A stretch of DNA of 57,959 nt from an uncultured Trueperaceae bacterium (lineage in GTDB: Bacteria > Deinococcota > Deinococci > Deinococcales > Trueperaceae). The stretch lies in contig CAVSGP010000001.1 of assembly GCA_963727505.1 (NCBI GenBank), positions 1-57,959 of the forward strand, written 5' to 3'. The position numbers and the translations under genes were made by a program. Below are positions 56,525 to 57,959 of the stretch, one piece after another. Position 1 is the stretch's first letter; every line of letters starts with the position of its first letter. The notes beneath the pieces are model-generated. The model ran no database searches. It was given only the letters and a program-made list of their open reading frames with translations, and was not told where the DNA came from.

Positions 56525-57959
56525 ATGGCGCGGGGACGCGGTCCGCTTCCGACCTCCGGGTCGGGCCCCATGGCGGGCCGCATGGTCGACCAGCCGCGCG
56601 GCTTCGATCTGCTGCGCCTCCCCGGCCTGAGGCGCCTGCTGCGCTGGCGTTACGCGCGCTTCGCGTTCCAGCTCCCCCTGCTCGCGCTGGCCGTGGTGGT
56701 CATCGTCGACGGCCTCACCGGGCAGCAGATGGCCGCCCGCAACGCCGCGACCACGGGCGTGTGGATCCACTACCGGGGCCTGGTGGTGCTGGCGCTGGCC
56801 TTCTTCGGGAACGCCTTCTGCGCCGCGTGCCCGCTGATGCTCACGCGCGGGCTCAGCAGGTGGCTCGAGCGCCGGCTGCCGACCAAGCTGGCCTGGCCGC
56901 ACGTTCTGCGCAACAAGATCACCGTTCTCGTCCTGACGCTCGCGCTGCTGTGGGCCTACGAGGCCCTCGGCCTGTGGGCCAGCCCGTGGTTGACCGCCTG
57001 GCTGGCGATTCTATACTTCGTGGGGGCGCTGGCGCTGGACACGCTGTTCCCCTCCGGGACCTTCTGCCGCTACGTGTGCCCGCTCGGGAACTTCAACTTC
57101 GTGCTCTCCAGCGTCTCGCCCACCCAGATCGCCGCGGCGGACCCGGGCGTGTGCCGCGAATGCGTCGACAAGCCCTGCCTGTACGGCCGGCCGGCCACGC
57201 AGGCGACGGCGATCGCGCGCGGCGCGGCCGCCGTGCCAGGCTGCGAGTCGAACCTGATGGTCCCCACCATCACCTCCAACATGGATTGCACCTACTGCTT
57301 CAACTGCGTCCGCGCCTGCCCCTACGACAACGTGGCCCTGCGCCTGCGGGAACCCGGCCGCGAGCTGGTCAAGGATCCGTGGAGGCGACGGTTCGGGGCG
57401 ACGACGCTCCTTTTCGGCGTGCTGCTGGCCGTGTGGGGCGTGATGAACGCCCTGGCGATGATCGGCCCCTTCCAGGCCATCGCCGGCGTCGCCGGCCGGA
57501 TCCTCGGCACGGACCGCCACGGCGCCCTGGTCCTGGTGCTGTACGTCGTCGCCAGCATCCTCGGCCTCGCCCTCACCGTTGCCTTCGCGCTGCTGGCGGA
57601 CGTCCTCGGAGGCGCGGCGCCCCGTCCCTGGACGGCCTTCCGGCGCTGGGGCTACGTGGCGGTCGCGCTCGGGTTCGGGTTCTGGACCGCCCACTACCTG
57701 TTCCACTTCCTGACCGGCGGCGCCGGTGCGGTGCCCGTGACGGAACACTTCCTGGCGCGATTCGGGGCCGGCCTCACGCCGAACTGGGGGCTCGACCGCC
57801 TGGTGCCCATGGCCTGGCTGTTCCCCATCCAGGCCGTCGTGACCGCCCTCTACGCCGCCCTGGCGATGGTGAGCGCGGTGCGCATCGGGTTGCGCGACTT
57901 CGGGCGCCGCGGCGTGGTGGCGATGTGGCCGATGGCGCTGTTCGCGCTGCTCTTCGCCG
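56525..57959 (+). CDS. Membrane polyferredoxin (FesM/NapH/MauN-like 4Fe-4S protein), truncated by the window end
   Basis: Open frame from ATG 56525 (or 56582): GNAFCAACPL, TFCRYVCPLG, CRECVDKPC, CTYCFNCVRACPYDNV and many TMs; not in the ORF track because there is no stop in the window. Confidence 0.85.
   Translation, partial: MARGRGPLPTSGSGPMAGRMVDQPRGFDLLRLPGLRRLLRWRYARFAFQLPLLALAVVVIVDGLTGQQMAARNAATTGVWIHYRGLVVLALAFFGNAFCAACPLMLTRGLSRWLERRLPTKLAWPHVLRNKITVLVLTLALLWAYEALGLWASPWLTAWLAILYFVGALALDTLFPSGTFCRYVCPLGNFNFVLSSVSPTQIAAADPGVCRECVDKPCLYGRPATQATAIARGAAAVPGCESNLMVPTITSNMDCTYCFNCVRACPYDNVALRLREPGRELVKDPWRRRFGATTLLFGVLLAVWGVMNALAMIGPFQAIAGVAGRILGTDRHGALVLVLYVVASILGLALTVAFALLADVLGGAAPRPWTAFRRWGYVAVALGFGFWTAHYLFHFLTGGAGAVPVTEHFLARFGAGLTPNWGLDRLVPMAWLFPIQAVVTALYAALAMVSAVRIGLRDFGRRGVVAMWPMALFALLFA

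Overview
A high-GC bacterial chromosomal segment. Gene content and several apparently leaderless genes (a TAnnnT box 4-7 nt before the start codon) suggest Deinococcota, possibly Trueperaceae-like; this is inference. Layout: (1) 1-5593 is the end of a visibly lower-GC island with sugar ABC, DapA-like aldolase, IclR and Zn-dehydrogenase genes (the first three genes frameshifted), closed by a 47-bp 3' fragment of tRNA-Ile2/Met(CAT), an att-like scar. (2) 5.6-10.1 kb holds a recombinase remnant and a membrane-protein operon with a coupled leader ORF. (3) 10.3-16.1 kb is a redox module (RclA-like disulfide reductase, DsrE, OsmC, DUF302, a membrane protein and a secreted protein) around a Cys-rich Crp/Fnr regulator. 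Its three promoters each carry a (C/G)GTCA-N6-TGACG-type site at the class-II (-41.5) position; this is the best candidate for an undescribed system. (4) The rest contains a KDPG aldolase, a GNAT + PLP racemase pair, YtfI/YtfJ-like genes, a peptide ABC transporter, csp, an aga-like amino-sugar operon, a Met/His-rich two-component locus with a Cu-ATPase scar, a GHMP kinase + nucleotidyltransferase pair, a MacAB-like exporter, TetR/P450, an HTH-YbjQ operon, a haloarchaeal-like nirK with a DosR-like box, an MFS transporter and a FesM-like polyferredoxin running off the right end. No CRISPR array, rRNA or intact transposase/integrase was seen. All family calls come from motif recognition by eye; no database searches were run.
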